Assembly: GCA_963664305.2 (NCBI GenBank)
Contig: CAXXLV010000001.1
Location: 384,001 to 448,000, forward strand
Origin: an uncultured Aliarcobacter sp.
Lineage (GTDB): Bacteria; Campylobacterota; Campylobacteria; Campylobacterales; Arcobacteraceae
DNA length: 64,000 bases
Direction of reading: 5' to 3'
Positions 30,016 through 42,120 of this stretch are shown piece by piece (the first letter of the stretch is position 1; every line of letters starts with the position of its first letter). Under the pieces are notes generated by a model that was given only the letters and a program-made list of their open reading frames with translations, did no database searches and was not told the DNA's origin. The position numbers and the translations under genes were made by a program.

Positions 30016-31275
30016 ATGAGAAGAGTTGTTGTAACAGGTATAGGTACTATAAATTCTACAGGGCATAACGTAAAAGATTCTTTTGAAGCTGTTGTGAATG
30101 GGGTTTGTGGTATTGATACTATAACACTATTTGATGCAAGTGATTTTTCAGTACAAATTGCTGGAGAAGTAAAAGATTTTGATCCAACTACAGTAATGGA
30201 TAAAAAAGAAGTAAAAAAAGCAGATAGATTTATTCAATTAGGTATTAAAGCTGCACTTGAAGCAATGGTTGATTCTGGATACGTAACAGAAGAAAATAAA
30301 AAAGTTGATGCATCAATTGCTGATAGATTTGGAATTATTTCAGGTTCAGGAATTGGTGGTTTATCAACTATTGAAAAGAACTCTGTAGTTTGTGAAACAA
30401 AAGGGTCAAGAAAAATTTCACCATTTTTTATTCCTTCATCTTTAGCAAATATGTTAAGTGGATTTATTTCAATTGAACATAATTTAAAAGGTCCATCATT
30501 ATCTCATGTAACAGCTTGTGCTGCATCAACTCATGCTTTAAATGATGCTGTAAAAACTATTATGTTAAATGGTGCAGATAGAGTTCTTGTTGTAGGAGCT
30601 GAATCAGCTGTTTGTGGAGCTGGTGTAGGTGGATTTGCAGCGATGAAAGCATTATCAACAAGAAATGATGATCCTAAAAAATCTTCTAGACCATTTGATA
30701 TGGATAGAGATGGTTTCGTTATGGGTGAAGGTGCAGGAGCACTTGTAGTTGAAGATTTAGAGTTAGCTTTAGCAAGAGGTGCTAAAATTTACTGTGAAAT
30801 CATTGGATTTGGTGAATCAGGTGATGCAAATCATATCACATCTCCAGTTACAGATGGTCCATTAAGAGCTATGAAAGCAGCATTTGAAATGGCTAAAAAT
30901 ATAACTGGAGAATATCCAAAAATTGATTATATCAATACACATGGTACTTCTACTCCTGTTGGAGATAAAAATGAAACTGCTGCAATTAAAGAAGCATTTG
31001 GTGGAAAAGAAAATTGTCCTCCAGTATCTTCAACAAAAGGACAAATTGGTCATTGTTTAGGAGCAGCTGGTGCAATTGAAGCTATTATGGCAATAAAAGC
31101 ATTAGAAGAAGGAATTATTCCTCCAACAATTAATGTAGAAAATCAAGACCCAGATTGTGACTTAGATGTTGTTCCAAATGTTGCAAGAAAAGCTGAATTA
31201 ACAACTGTAATGAGTAATAATTTTGGTTTTGGTGGAACAAACGGTTCTGTTATTTTTAAGAAATACATTAAATAA
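30016..31275 (+). CDS. fabF: 3-oxoacyl-ACP synthase II
   Basis: TACA, HGTST, GHCLGAAG, FGFGGTN. Confidence 0.97.
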   Translation: MRRVVVTGIGTINSTGHNVKDSFEAVVNGVCGIDTITLFDASDFSVQIAGEVKDFDPTTVMDKKEVKKADRFIQLGIKAALEAMVDSGYVTEENKKVDASIADRFGIISGSGIGGLSTIEKNSVVCETKGSRKISPFFIPSSLANMLSGFISIEHNLKGPSLSHVTACAASTHALNDAVKTIMLNGADRVLVVGAESAVCGAGVGGFAAMKALSTRNDDPKKSSRPFDMDRDGFVMGEGAGALVVEDLELALARGAKIYCEIIGFGESGDANHITSPVTDGPLRAMKAAFEMAKNITGEYPKIDYINTHGTSTPVGDKNETAAIKEAFGGKENCPPVSSTKGQIGHCLGAAGAIEAIMAIKALEEGIIPPTINVENQDPDCDLDVVPNVARKAELTTVMSNNFGFGGTNGSVIFKKYIK

Positions 31276-31295
31276 TTTAAAATAAACCTAACAAC

Positions 31296-31328
31296 AAAAG
31301 AGCTAATAATCTTAGCTCTTTTTTTTTT
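31296..31328 (+). terminator. Intrinsic terminator between fabF and accA
   Basis: AAAAGAGCTAA-taatc-TTAGCTCTTTT with a 10-T run. Confidence 0.85.
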
Positions 31329-31339
31329 AAGGAAAAACT

Positions 31340-32278
31340 TTGGCAGCTTACTTAGAATTTGAAGATAAAATCAAAAAAATTGAAGAAGAAATTATAATAG
31401 CTAAAACAAAAGCTGATGAACATGCAGTGGAAATTTTAGAAAAAAAACTAGAAAAAGAAGTTGAAAAAACATTTAAAAACTTAAGTGATTATCAAAAACT
31501 TCAACTTGCACGTCATCCAGACAGACCTTATGCTCTTGATTATATTACAGGATTACTAACTAATTCTTATGAAATACATGGTGATAGACATTACGTTGAT
31601 GATCATGCAATTGTATGTTATTTAGGATATATCGGAACTCAAAAAGTATTAGTAATTGGTGAACAAAAAGGTAGAGGAACAAAAGATAAACTTTACAGAA
31701 ATTTTGGAATGCCAAGTCCAGAAGGATATAGAAAAGCATTAAGAGCTGCAAAAATGGCTGATAAATTTCAAATTCCAATTTTAATGCTTGTTGACACTCC
31801 GGGTGCATATCCAGGAATTGGAGCAGAAGAAAGAAATCAAAGTGAAGCAATTGCAAAAAACTTATATGAATTTGCTGACCTGACAACTCCAACTATTTCT
31901 GTAGTTATTGGAGAAGGTGGTTCGGGTGGAGCATTAGCTATATCAGTTGCTGATAAACTTGCAATGATGAGATATTCTGTTTATGCCGTTATTTCACCTG
32001 AAGGTTGTAGTGCAATTTTATGGAATGACCCAGCAAAAGTTGAAACTGCAGCAAATGCATTAAAAATTACAGCTGAAAATTTAAAAGAATTAAATCTAAT
32101 TGATGATGTAATTAATGAACCATTAATTGGTGCACATAGACAAAAAGAAGAAGCTATTTTTGCTTTAAGAGAATATTTCTTAAATTCATTAGAAGAGTTA
32201 AAAAAATTAACTCCAGCACAAAGATCTCAAAGAAAATATGAGAAAATCATGGCTTTAGGATCTTTCGAAGATAAATAA
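31340..32278 (+). CDS. accA: Acetyl-CoA carboxylase carboxyltransferase alpha subunit
   Basis: [35 protein letters not shown] start. Confidence 0.98.
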   Translation: MAAYLEFEDKIKKIEEEIIIAKTKADEHAVEILEKKLEKEVEKTFKNLSDYQKLQLARHPDRPYALDYITGLLTNSYEIHGDRHYVDDHAIVCYLGYIGTQKVLVIGEQKGRGTKDKLYRNFGMPSPEGYRKALRAAKMADKFQIPILMLVDTPGAYPGIGAEERNQSEAIAKNLYEFADLTTPTISVVIGEGGSGGALAISVADKLAMMRYSVYAVISPEGCSAILWNDPAKVETAANALKITAENLKELNLIDDVINEPLIGAHRQKEEAIFALREYFLNSLEELKKLTPAQRSQRKYEKIMALGSFEDK

Positions 32279-32287
32279 TAGACAAGA

Positions 32288-32632
32288 TTAAATATCTTGT
32301 CTATCTCTTACTAATCTACCAACTGGCTCACCACCAATTAAATGAAAATGTAAATGATGTACTTCTTGTCCACCATCTTTCCCGATATTTGTAATTAATC
32401 TATAACCACTTTCTCTCACATTCAGTTTTGAAGCAACTTTTTGAATAAATTCAGTCATTCCAGACATAATTTTTGGAGGAATTACATCAAATGAATCATA
32501 ATGCTCTTTTGGAATAATTAAAACATGAATCTTTCTTGTTGGATTTATATCATTAAAAGCTAAAAAATTTTCATCTTCTAATATAGTTTGATTTGGTATT
32601 TCACCTTTTACAATCTTACAAAATATACACAT
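32288..32632 (-). CDS. Histidine triad (HIT) nucleotide-binding protein
   Basis: CIFCKI, GQEVHHLHFHLIGG. Confidence 0.96.
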   Translation of the reverse strand: MCIFCKIVKGEIPNQTILEDENFLAFNDINPTRKIHVLIIPKEHYDSFDVIPPKIMSGMTEFIQKVASKLNVRESGYRLITNIGKDGGQEVHHLHFHLIGGEPVGRLVRDRQDI

Positions 32633-32762
32633 TAGTTTTCCTTGAATTTAATTAGTAAATGATTATAACCAAACTCTAATAAATCTTTATGTATAATCGC
32701 AATTTCATAGAATTATATAGTTTATTTATACAAATAATTATTCAACAAAATAGGGAGAAAAA

Positions 32763-33755
32763 GTGACACAGTGGATTGAAAAAATAACCAATGCAGCATC
32801 ACTTGAAGAGTTAGAAAATTTAAGAATTGACACTTTAGGAAAAAAAGGTGTACTTACTTTAGAATTTGCTAAAATGAAAAGTGTACCAAATGAAGAAAAA
32901 AAAGCTTTTGCTGAAAATTTAAACAAACAAAAAACTTTAATAACAGAAGCTTTAGAAGCAAAAAAAATTGTTTTAGAAAAAATTGCATTAAATGCAAAAT
33001 TAGAAAATGAAAAAATTGATGTAACTAGATTTAACAATGAATTATCATGTGGTGCAACTCATCCAGTTGTTGAAACAATGGATAGAATTATTAAATATTT
33101 TCAGAATTTAAATTTTGCAGTTGAAGAAGGTCCACTAGTAGAAGATGACTTCCATAATTTTGAAGCATTAAATCTACCAAAATATCACCCTGCTCGTGAT
33201 ATGCAAGACACATTTTACAATAAAGACTACACTCTTTTAAGAACACATACTTCTCCTGTACAAATAAGAACTATGCTTAGTCAAAAAACTCCTATTAGAA
33301 TGATTGCACCAGGAACTGTATTTAGAAGAGATTTTGATATTACTCATACACCAATGTTTCATCAAATTGAAGCTTTAGTTGTTGATGAAGCAGATAAAGT
33401 TTCATTTGCTAACTTAAAACATGTTTTAGTTGAATTTTTACAACATATGTTTGGAGATGTTGAAGTTAGATTTAGACCATCATTTTTCCCATTCACTGAA
33501 CCATCAGCTGAAGTAGACATTTCATGTGTATTCTGTAAAGGAGATGGTTGTAGAGTTTGCTCACAAACTGGATGGCTTGAAGTTTTAGGTTGTGGCGTTG
33601 TTGATGAAAATGTATTTAAAGCAGTTGGATACGAAAATAAATCAGGATATGCATTTGGATTAGGTGTTGAAAGATTTGCAATGCTAATTCATAATATTGG
33701 AGATTTAAGATCACTATTTGAAAGTGATACAAGACTATTAGGACAATTCAAATGA
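32763..33755 (+). CDS. pheS: Phenylalanine-tRNA ligase alpha subunit
   Basis: [35 protein letters not shown]. Confidence 0.99.
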   Translation: MTQWIEKITNAASLEELENLRIDTLGKKGVLTLEFAKMKSVPNEEKKAFAENLNKQKTLITEALEAKKIVLEKIALNAKLENEKIDVTRFNNELSCGATHPVVETMDRIIKYFQNLNFAVEEGPLVEDDFHNFEALNLPKYHPARDMQDTFYNKDYTLLRTHTSPVQIRTMLSQKTPIRMIAPGTVFRRDFDITHTPMFHQIEALVVDEADKVSFANLKHVLVEFLQHMFGDVEVRFRPSFFPFTEPSAEVDISCVFCKGDGCRVCSQTGWLEVLGCGVVDENVFKAVGYENKSGYAFGLGVERFAMLIHNIGDLRSLFESDTRLLGQFK

Positions 33756-36073
33756 TTATTACAAAAAATTGGTTAGAAGATTTTATCGATATTTCAAAAA
33801 TTTCTGTTGATGAGATTTGTAAAACATTAAATGCTATTGGTCTTGAAGTTGACAGTGTAGAAAATCTTTCTATTCCTTCAAAAGTTGTTGTTGGAAAAGT
33901 ATTAGAAAAAATTAAACACCCTGAAGCAGACAAACTAAATATTTGTCAAATTGATTTAGGTGATAAAGTTGTTCAAATTGTTTGTGGTGCAAAAAATGTT
34001 GATGTTGACCAATATGTACCAATTGCAACTATTGGTTGTGATTTAGGAAATGATTTTATTATTAAAGAAGCAAAATTAAGAGGTGTAGAATCAAATGGAA
34101 TGATTTGTTCATCTACTGAATTAGGACTTCCAAAGCTAAATGATGGGATTTTAGTTTTAGATAATTCAATTGGAGAATTAATTTTAGGAAAAGAGTTAAA
34201 AGAATATCCAAAATTAAATGATTCAGTAATTGAAATTGGATTAACTGCAAATAGAGGTGATTGTTTAAGTATTTATGGAATAGTAAGAGAATTAAGTGCA
34301 TTTTATTCTCTACCATTATTAGAACTTGATAAACAAATTAATTACAATGAATTTGGAATTGGTCAAGTATTTGAAATTGATTGTGAAAGTTGTGTTGATG
34401 CATCTTTATCATTTAAAGCTGTAAATTTTGAAAATTTCAAATTAAATGTGTTAGCAAAATATAGAACAGCAATTATTGGAAAATATCAAGATAACAACGA
34501 TATTAAAAATGTTTTAACTTATGTTACACATTCAACAGGTGTAATTTTAAATGCATATTCAAAAGAGAAAACTTTAAAAAATAATAATTTAAGTATTTTA
34601 CATGTAAAAAAAGATGAAGATGGATTTGATAATATTTATGGTTCTGAACAATTAAGTAAAATTTGTGTTGAACAAAAAGATATTGAATTAATTGGAAATG
34701 ATTTTATAATTGAAGCTTCATATATTAATCCTGAATTAATATCAAAAAAAGTTTTTGATAAAAAAATCAAAACTGGTGATGTGTATTATAAAGCTTCAAG
34801 AGGAAGTGAACCAAATATAGAATTTGGTATAGATTATTTATCAAATTTAGTTTCAAAATCTGGTGCATTAATTTATAGAGGAAGTGAAACATTTATTGAA
34901 GATAAAGAAAAATTAACATTAGATGTAAGTACAAAAAAAATCAATTCAATAATTGGTCAAGAAATCCCTAAAATTGAAATTGAAAGAATTCTTATTTCAT
35001 TAGGATTTGAAGTAAAAGATACAGTTGATAATGTTTTAGCAATAAAAATTCCTTACTTTAGACATGATATCAAAAACGTTGCAGATGTAACTGAAGAGAT
35101 AGTAAGAATTATTGGAATTGATAATATTGTTTCTAAACCTCTACAAATTGATGAAGTAAATAGAATAAATAAAACATCAATTGATTTAATTAAAAAAAAT
35201 AAATTAAGATTTAAAGCTATTGAAAATGGTTTTTTTGAAACATTAACTTATGTATTTGCTTCAAAAGAAAATCTAGAAAAATATGGTTTTAAAACTGTAA
35301 AAGAAGAACTTGAACTTATAAATCCAATTGTAAAAGAGTTAAATACATATAGAACTACAATGCTATTAAATCTAGTTGAAGCTTGTGCAAATAACTTTAA
35401 AATTGGAGCTAGATCAACTGCATTTTTTGAAATTGGTACAATTTTCGATGAAAATAGAAAAGAGAGTAAAAAAGTTTCTTTCATCCAAACAGGTTTTTCT
35501 GAACTTGAAGAGATAGAAAATGCTGGTAAACCAAAAAATATAGATTTTTTCTCTTTCGCTAAAAAGATTTTAAATACTATTGGTAAATTTGATTTAGAAG
35601 CAATGATTACAATTAATAATCAATTTATTCATCCATATCAAAATGCAAATGTTTTAATTGATGGAAAAGTTGTTGGATTTATTTCAAAATTACATCCAAG
35701 TGTTTGTGAAGATTATGATTTAAGTGATACTTTTATTGCTGAAATCGATTTTGAAGCAATTAAAAATGATATTATTAAAACAACATCATATTCAAAATTT
35801 CAATCATCAAAAAAAGATTTAAGTATTATTGCTCCAAAATCTTTAGAATATAAAGAGATTAAAAAAGCAATTGATTCATTAAACAATAAAAACATCAAAC
35901 AGTTTAATTTAATTGACGTTTATAACGATGAAAAATTAGGTGAAAATGAAAGTTTAACAATTAGATTTGTTTTACAAAATGATGAAAAAACGATGGAAGA
36001 AGAAGATATCACAACAACTATGAATTCAATTCTTGATGTATTAAATCAAAAATTATCAATTGGCTTAAGATAA
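33752..36073 (+). CDS. pheT: Phenylalanine-tRNA ligase beta subunit
   Basis: [34 protein letters not shown]. Confidence 0.98.
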   Translation: MIITKNWLEDFIDISKISVDEICKTLNAIGLEVDSVENLSIPSKVVVGKVLEKIKHPEADKLNICQIDLGDKVVQIVCGAKNVDVDQYVPIATIGCDLGNDFIIKEAKLRGVESNGMICSSTELGLPKLNDGILVLDNSIGELILGKELKEYPKLNDSVIEIGLTANRGDCLSIYGIVRELSAFYSLPLLELDKQINYNEFGIGQVFEIDCESCVDASLSFKAVNFENFKLNVLAKYRTAIIGKYQDNNDIKNVLTYVTHSTGVILNAYSKEKTLKNNNLSILHVKKDEDGFDNIYGSEQLSKICVEQKDIELIGNDFIIEASYINPELISKKVFDKKIKTGDVYYKASRGSEPNIEFGIDYLSNLVSKSGALIYRGSETFIEDKEKLTLDVSTKKINSIIGQEIPKIEIERILISLGFEVKDTVDNVLAIKIPYFRHDIKNVADVTEEIVRIIGIDNIVSKPLQIDEVNRINKTSIDLIKKNKLRFKAIENGFFETLTYVFASKENLEKYGFKTVKEELELINPIVKELNTYRTTMLLNLVEACANNFKIGARSTAFFEIGTIFDENRKESKKVSFIQTGFSELEEIENAGKPKNIDFFSFAKKILNTIGKFDLEAMITINNQFIHPYQNANVLIDGKVVGFISKLHPSVCEDYDLSDTFIAEIDFEAIKNDIIKTTSYSKFQSSKKDLSIIAPKSLEYKEIKKAIDSLNNKNIKQFNLIDVYNDEKLGENESLTIRFVLQNDEKTMEEEDITTTMNSILDVLNQKLSIGLR

Positions 36074-36088
36074 TAAAAAAGGGAAAAA

Positions 36089-37369
36089 GTGGAAAAATTT
36101 AGTATAAAAAAATTAACAAAACCATTTAATGTAGAGATAGATTCAATTGCTAGTGATAAATCAATATCACATAGATGTGCAATGTTTTCACTTTTTTCAA
36201 ATGAAACTTCTTATATAAAAAACTATTTAACAGCTGAAGATACTTTAAATACTTTAAGTATTGTTGAACAACTTGGAGCAAAAATAAAAAGAGATGGAAG
36301 TTATGTTGAAATAACTCCAACTTCTACTTTAACTGAACCATCAGATGTTCTTGATTGTGGAAACTCTGGAACTGCAATGAGACTGTTTTGTGGTTTATTA
36401 GCTAGTGTTGATGGAGCATTTACACTAACAGGTGATAAATATTTAAGAAATAGACCTATGAAAAGAGTTGCTGATCCATTAAGAAGTATTGGTGCATTAA
36501 TTGATGGAAGAGAAAATGGAAATAAAGCTCCTTTATTTATTAGAGGTGTAAAAGAACTTCAGCCATTTACTTATCACTCTCCTGTTGATTCAGCACAAGT
36601 AAAATCAGCTATGATACTTGCAGCTTTAAGAGCAAATGGTATTTCAAAATATAAGGAAAATGAGTTAACAAGAGACCATACGGAGCGAATGTTAAAAGGT
36701 ATGGGAGCAATTTTAGAAAATGATTCTGAAGGATTTATAAACATTCATCCATTAACAGGTCATTTAAAACCATTGAATATTACAGTACCAACAGATCCTA
36801 GTTCAGCATTTTTCTTTGCAGTTGCGGCTGCTATTACTCCAAACTCTAGAGTTTTAATAAAAAATGTAACTTTAAATCCAACTAGAGTTGAAGCTTATGA
36901 AGTTTTAAAAAGAATGGGTGTTATTGTTAATTTTATTGAAAAAGAAAATGTATATGAACCAATAGGTGATATTGAAGTAATAAATAATGAATTAAATGGC
37001 GTTGAAGTTCATGAAAACATTTCTTGGCTAATTGATGAATTACCAGCACTTTCAATTGCTATGAGTTTAGCAAATGGCAAATCAAAAGTATCAAATGCAA
37101 AAGAATTAAGAGTTAAAGAGAGTGATAGAATTTCTAGTGTTGTGAATAATCTGAAACTTTGTGGTGTTGAATATACAGAATTTGAAGATGGTTATGAAAT
37201 TATTGGTGGAACTATGAAAAAAGCTGTAATAAATTCTCATGGTGACCATAGAATTGCAATGAGCTTCTCAATTGCTGGTTTAAATTGTGATATGGATATT
37301 GAAGATACACAATGTATAGAAACTTCTTTCCCAAATTTTAAAGAAATACTAGATTCTTTATTCAATTAA
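36089..37369 (+). CDS. aroA: 3-phosphoshikimate 1-carboxyvinyltransferase
   Basis: [35 protein letters not shown]. Confidence 0.98.
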   Translation: MEKFSIKKLTKPFNVEIDSIASDKSISHRCAMFSLFSNETSYIKNYLTAEDTLNTLSIVEQLGAKIKRDGSYVEITPTSTLTEPSDVLDCGNSGTAMRLFCGLLASVDGAFTLTGDKYLRNRPMKRVADPLRSIGALIDGRENGNKAPLFIRGVKELQPFTYHSPVDSAQVKSAMILAALRANGISKYKENELTRDHTERMLKGMGAILENDSEGFINIHPLTGHLKPLNITVPTDPSSAFFFAVAAAITPNSRVLIKNVTLNPTRVEAYEVLKRMGVIVNFIEKENVYEPIGDIEVINNELNGVEVHENISWLIDELPALSIAMSLANGKSKVSNAKELRVKESDRISSVVNNLKLCGVEYTEFEDGYEIIGGTMKKAVINSHGDHRIAMSFSIAGLNCDMDIEDTQCIETSFPNFKEILDSLFN

Positions 37370-37377
37370 GGTAAATT

Positions 37378-38214
37378 ATGGAAATAAAATTAGCATCAAA
37401 TTATGGATTTTGTTTTGGTGTAAAAAGAGCTATAAAAATTGCTGAAGACTATAAAGATTCGGCAACTATGGGACCACTAATTCATAATCAAGATGAAATA
37501 AATAGATTAAAAAATGATTTTAATGTAGGTTTATATACAAAATTAGATGACGTAAAAGAAAATGATACTGTAATCATTAGAACACATGGTATTCCTAAAA
37601 ATGATTTAAAAAATTTAAGAAAATTAAATGCAAAAGTCATAAATGCAACTTGCCCTTTTGTTACTACTCCTCAACAAATAGTTAAAAAAATGTCAAGAGA
37701 AGGGTACTCTATTCTTATTTTTGGAGATGCTGATCATCCTGAAGTAAAAGGTGTACAATCATATGGAGAAGACCAAGATGATGTACATATTATTTTAGAA
37801 CCATCTGATTTAGAAGAAATTACTTTTAAAAATAATAAAATTGCAACTGTTGCACAAACTACAAAAAAGAAAGAAAACTATCTTGAAATTGTTAATGCCT
37901 TAATTTTAAAAAATAAAGAAGTTAGAGTATTTAACACAATTTGTGATGCTACATTTGAAAATCAAGATGCAGCAAGAGAACTATCAAAAGAAGTTGACAT
38001 TATGATTGTAATTGGTGGTAAAAATTCATCAAATACAAAACAATTACACTCAATTTGTATTGAAAATTGTCCTGATTCATATCTAATAGAAAATGAAAAT
38101 GAACTAGATATTAATTGGTTTAAAAATAAAAATTTATGTGGAATAACTGCTGGTGCAAGCACGCCTGATTGGATAATTCAACAAGTTATAGACAAGATTA
38201 AATCATTTAACTAA
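37378..38214 (+). CDS. ispH: 4-hydroxy-3-methylbut-2-enyl diphosphate reductase
   Basis: GFCFGV, ATCPFV, TICDAT, SSNT, TAGASTP. Confidence 0.98.
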   Translation: MEIKLASNYGFCFGVKRAIKIAEDYKDSATMGPLIHNQDEINRLKNDFNVGLYTKLDDVKENDTVIIRTHGIPKNDLKNLRKLNAKVINATCPFVTTPQQIVKKMSREGYSILIFGDADHPEVKGVQSYGEDQDDVHIILEPSDLEEITFKNNKIATVAQTTKKKENYLEIVNALILKNKEVRVFNTICDATFENQDAARELSKEVDIMIVIGGKNSSNTKQLHSICIENCPDSYLIENENELDINWFKNKNLCGITAGASTPDWIIQQVIDKIKSFN

Positions 38215-38281
38215 GAGTTTTTAAGCCTTTTTTCTGTATAATCGTTCCATTTAATAAAACTGGTAAATATGAAGGAATAAA

Positions 38282-39934
38282 ATGGGTATCGAAGATATTG
38301 ATTTAGGTGAAGACTTTGATTTTGAGCAAATGCTTAATGAGTCTTTTGAGAATTCGGAAAATAATTCTGTTGTTGATGGTGTAATTGTTGAAATTACTAA
38401 TGAAAGAGTATTAGTTGATGTTGGTCAAAAAATTGAGGGTCAATTATCTGTTTCAGAAATTACAATCGGTGGTGAAATAAAATATAAAGTTGGTGATGTA
38501 ATCCCTGTTATGTTAATGGGTAACAGAGGAGAAAGACCAAATATATCTCACAAAAAAGTTTTACAAAAAGAAAAATTTGATGCTTTTGTAAAAGCTCATG
38601 GTGAAAACTTCGAAGATGTAACTATTGAAGGTAAAATTGTTTCTGTAAAACAAAGAGGTGGTTTTATCATTGAAGATGCTGATGGTTGTGAATATTTCAT
38701 GCCTATGGCACAATCTTATCTAAAAGCACAAGGTGCAATTGGAAAAACTGTAAAAGCTAAAGTTATCAAAGTTAATAAAGCTCAAAATTCAATTATCGTT
38801 TCTAGAAAAAAATTAATTGAAGAATCTAAAGCTGTTAAAGATAACAAAGTTACTGAAATTTTAGATAATAAAGAACCAATCAATGGTATTATCAAAAAAA
38901 TCACTTCTTATGGAATGTTTGTAGATTTAGGTGGAATTGATGGTTTAGTAAACTACAATGAAATCTCTTACAAAGGTCCAGTAAATCCTGCAAATTATTA
39001 CAACGAAGGTGATGAAGTTTCTGTTGTAGTTTTATCTTATGACAAAGCAAAACAACACTTATCATTATCAATTAAAGCTGCTTTATCTAATCCTTGGGAA
39101 GAGATTAAAGATGAATTAGAAGTTGGTGATACAATTACTGTTACTGTTTCTAACTTCGAATCTTATGGTGCATTCGTTGATTTAGGAAATGACATTGAAG
39201 GTTTATTACATATTTCTGAAATTTCATGGAATAAAAACTTAAAAAATCCAAAAGAACTTTTAACAATCGGTGAAGAAATCAATGTTGAAGTTATTGAATT
39301 AAATGTTGAACAAAAAAGATTAAGAGTATCTTTAAAAAATTTACAAGAAAAACCTTTCACTAAATTTACGAATGAGCACAAAGTTGGTGATGTTATAAAA
39401 GGTAAAATTGCTACTTTAACTGATTTTGGTGCATTTGTATCAATTGGTGAAGTTGATGGTTTATTACACAATGAAGAAGCTTCTTGGGAACCAAATGCTA
39501 AATGTAAATCATTATTCAAAAAAGGTGATGATGTTGAAGTAAAAATTATTAAAATTGATAAAGAAAAAGAAAATATTTCATTATCAATAAAAGAAATTGC
39601 TGATTCTCCTGCAAAAAGATTCCAAGATACATATAAACTTGGTGACATTGTAAAAGGTACAGTTAAAGATACTAAAGATTTTGGTGTATTCATCAAATTA
39701 GAAAACAATCTTGACGGATTAATCAGAAATGAAGATTTCGGACCATTAAAACCTGAAGAAATCAAAAATGGTGATGAAATTGAAGCTGTAATCGTAAATA
39801 TTGATACTAAAAAAAATAGAGTTAGATTATCAGTAAAAAGATTAGAGCAACAACAAGAAAGAGAAGTTTTAAAATCTGTTAATGATGATTCATCTATGAC
39901 TTTAGGTGATATTTTAAAAGATCAAATAAAATAA
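38282..39934 (+). CDS. rpsA: 30S ribosomal protein S1
   Basis: Repeated S1 domains (YGAFVDLG...GLLHISEISW). Confidence 0.97.
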   Translation: MGIEDIDLGEDFDFEQMLNESFENSENNSVVDGVIVEITNERVLVDVGQKIEGQLSVSEITIGGEIKYKVGDVIPVMLMGNRGERPNISHKKVLQKEKFDAFVKAHGENFEDVTIEGKIVSVKQRGGFIIEDADGCEYFMPMAQSYLKAQGAIGKTVKAKVIKVNKAQNSIIVSRKKLIEESKAVKDNKVTEILDNKEPINGIIKKITSYGMFVDLGGIDGLVNYNEISYKGPVNPANYYNEGDEVSVVVLSYDKAKQHLSLSIKAALSNPWEEIKDELEVGDTITVTVSNFESYGAFVDLGNDIEGLLHISEISWNKNLKNPKELLTIGEEINVEVIELNVEQKRLRVSLKNLQEKPFTKFTNEHKVGDVIKGKIATLTDFGAFVSIGEVDGLLHNEEASWEPNAKCKSLFKKGDDVEVKIIKIDKEKENISLSIKEIADSPAKRFQDTYKLGDIVKGTVKDTKDFGVFIKLENNLDGLIRNEDFGPLKPEEIKNGDEIEAVIVNIDTKKNRVRLSVKRLEQQQEREVLKSVNDDSSMTLGDILKDQIK

Positions 39935-39948
39935 TAGGAATTATTTAA

Positions 39949-41532
39949 ATGAGTAAACATACAATTGTAGTTTGTGATCATATACATGAAGCTGGTTTAC
40001 AAATTCTTCAAAATACTGAAGATGTAAACTACGTATATGCTGCAGACGTAAATAAAACAGAGCTATTAGATATTATAAAAGATGCTCATGTAGCAATTAC
40101 AAGATCTTCAACTGATGTTGATGAAAAATTTTTAAATGCTGCGACAAATTTAAAAGCAATTATTAGAGCTGGTGTTGGATACGATAATGTTGATATTGAT
40201 GGATGTAGTAAAAGAGGAATAATCGCAATGAATGTTCCAACTGCAAATACAATAGCAGCAGTTGAATTAACAATGACACATATGTTATCTTGTATGAGAA
40301 AATTCCCATATGCTCATAATCAATTAAAAAATGATAGAGTATGGAAAAGAGAAGATTGGTATGGTAATGAGCTTTATGGAAAAAAATTAGGTGTTATTGG
40401 TTTTGGTAACATTGGACATAGAGTTGCATTAAGAGCTAAATCATTTGAAATGGAAGTAATCACTTACGATCCATATATTCCTTCAACAAAAGCAACTGAT
40501 TTAGGTATCAAATACACTACTAATTTCGAAGATATTTTAGCTTGTGATATTATTACAATTCACACACCTAAAAACAAAGAAACTATTGATATGATTAGTT
40601 TTGATGAAATTGCAAGAATGAAAGATGGTGTAATTTTAATTAACTGCGCTAGAGGTGGATTATATAACGAAGATGCATTATATGAAAACCTTAAATCTGG
40701 GAAAATTGCAATGGCAGGTATAGATGTATTTAAAAAAGAACCAGCAACAAACAACCCATTATTAGATTTACCAAATATAACTGTAACTGCACACTTAGGT
40801 GCAAATACAAAAGAATCACAAAAAGAGATTTCTATTCAAGCAGCAAATAATGCTATTGAATCTGCAAGAGGAATTGCATATCCAAATGCTTTAAATTTAC
40901 CAATAGATGAAAGTAAAATTCCTTCATTTGTAAAACCATATATTGAATTAACACAAAAAATGGCATTTTTATTAGCACAAATTAGTAAAAGTGAAATTAG
41001 ATCAATCAATATTTCAGCTGAAGGTAAAATTTCTGAATATTTAGACTCATTACAAACTTTTGCTACTGTTGGCGTTTTAGCAGTTAGTTCAGGGAGTGAA
41101 GTTAATTACGTTAATGCAAACTTCATCGCAAAAGAAAAAGGTATTGAATTAACAATGTCTGAATTATCTAACTTAAGTGGATATCAAAACAAAGTTACAA
41201 TCAAAATAACAACTCCAACAGGTGTTAAAACTATTTCTGGAACTGTATTTAATGATGATGTACAAAGAATTGTTGAACTAAGTGGATTCCCATTAGACAT
41301 TGAACCAAAAGGTAAAATGATTATCATGAGAAACAATGATGTACCAGGTGTAATTGGTGAAGTTGGAAGAATCTTAGGTGATAATAAAATAAATATTGCT
41401 GACTTTAGACTATCAAGAGGTAAAGAAGGTGCATTAGCAGTTATTCTTCTTGATGAAAAACCAAGTTCAGAAGTAATTAAAAAACTTGATAATTTAGAAG
41501 CTGCAATTGCAGTTGCTTACGCTGAAATATAA
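39949..41532 (+). CDS. serA: D-3-phosphoglycerate dehydrogenase
   Basis: RAGVGYDN, GFGNIG, INCARGG, HLGANT, C-terminal ACT domain. Confidence 0.97.
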   Translation: MSKHTIVVCDHIHEAGLQILQNTEDVNYVYAADVNKTELLDIIKDAHVAITRSSTDVDEKFLNAATNLKAIIRAGVGYDNVDIDGCSKRGIIAMNVPTANTIAAVELTMTHMLSCMRKFPYAHNQLKNDRVWKREDWYGNELYGKKLGVIGFGNIGHRVALRAKSFEMEVITYDPYIPSTKATDLGIKYTTNFEDILACDIITIHTPKNKETIDMISFDEIARMKDGVILINCARGGLYNEDALYENLKSGKIAMAGIDVFKKEPATNNPLLDLPNITVTAHLGANTKESQKEISIQAANNAIESARGIAYPNALNLPIDESKIPSFVKPYIELTQKMAFLLAQISKSEIRSINISAEGKISEYLDSLQTFATVGVLAVSSGSEVNYVNANFIAKEKGIELTMSELSNLSGYQNKVTIKITTPTGVKTISGTVFNDDVQRIVELSGFPLDIEPKGKMIIMRNNDVPGVIGEVGRILGDNKINIADFRLSRGKEGALAVILLDEKPSSEVIKKLDNLEAAIAVAYAEI

Positions 41533-41541
41533 GGAGAAAAT

Positions 41542-42102
41542 ATGGCAATTGGTATGAGTGAATTAAAAAAAGGATTAAAAATCGAAGTTGATGGAATTCC
41601 TTACAAAATTACAGAATATCAACATGTAAAACCTGGAAAAGGGGCAGCATTTGTAAGATGTAAAATTAAATCATTTTTAAATGGAAAAGTAATTGAAAAA
41701 ACTTTCCACGCGGGTGATAAATGTGAAGTTCCAAACTTACAACAAAAACAAATGCAATTTTTATATGATGATGGTGAGTTATTACAATTTATGGATAACA
41801 CAACTTATGAGCAAGAAGGATTAACTTACGAGCAAGTTGGTGATGCATTTGATTGGATTATTGATGGTATGACTTGTGATATGATGTACTTTAATGGTAA
41901 AGCAATCACAGTTGAACCACCTATGGTAGTTGAATTAAAAATTGTTGAAACTCCACCTAACTTTAAAGGTGACTCTCAAGGTGGAAGAAAACCTGCTACT
42001 TTAGAATCAGGTGCAGTTGTTCAAATTCCTTTCCACATCTTAGAAGGTGACGTTATTAAAGTAGACACTAGAACTGGTGAATACTTAGAAAAAGTAAAAT
42101 AG
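41542..42102 (+). CDS. efp: Elongation factor P
   Basis: [26 protein letters not shown]. Confidence 0.99.
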   Translation: MAIGMSELKKGLKIEVDGIPYKITEYQHVKPGKGAAFVRCKIKSFLNGKVIEKTFHAGDKCEVPNLQQKQMQFLYDDGELLQFMDNTTYEQEGLTYEQVGDAFDWIIDGMTCDMMYFNGKAITVEPPMVVELKIVETPPNFKGDSQGGRKPATLESGAVVQIPFHILEGDVIKVDTRTGEYLEKVK

Positions 42103-42120
42103 TAGCAAAGCTACTATTTT
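42096..42120. terminator. Bidirectional terminator efp/ribD
   Basis: AAAATAGTAGC-aaa-GCTACTATTTT containing both stop codons. Confidence 0.8.
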
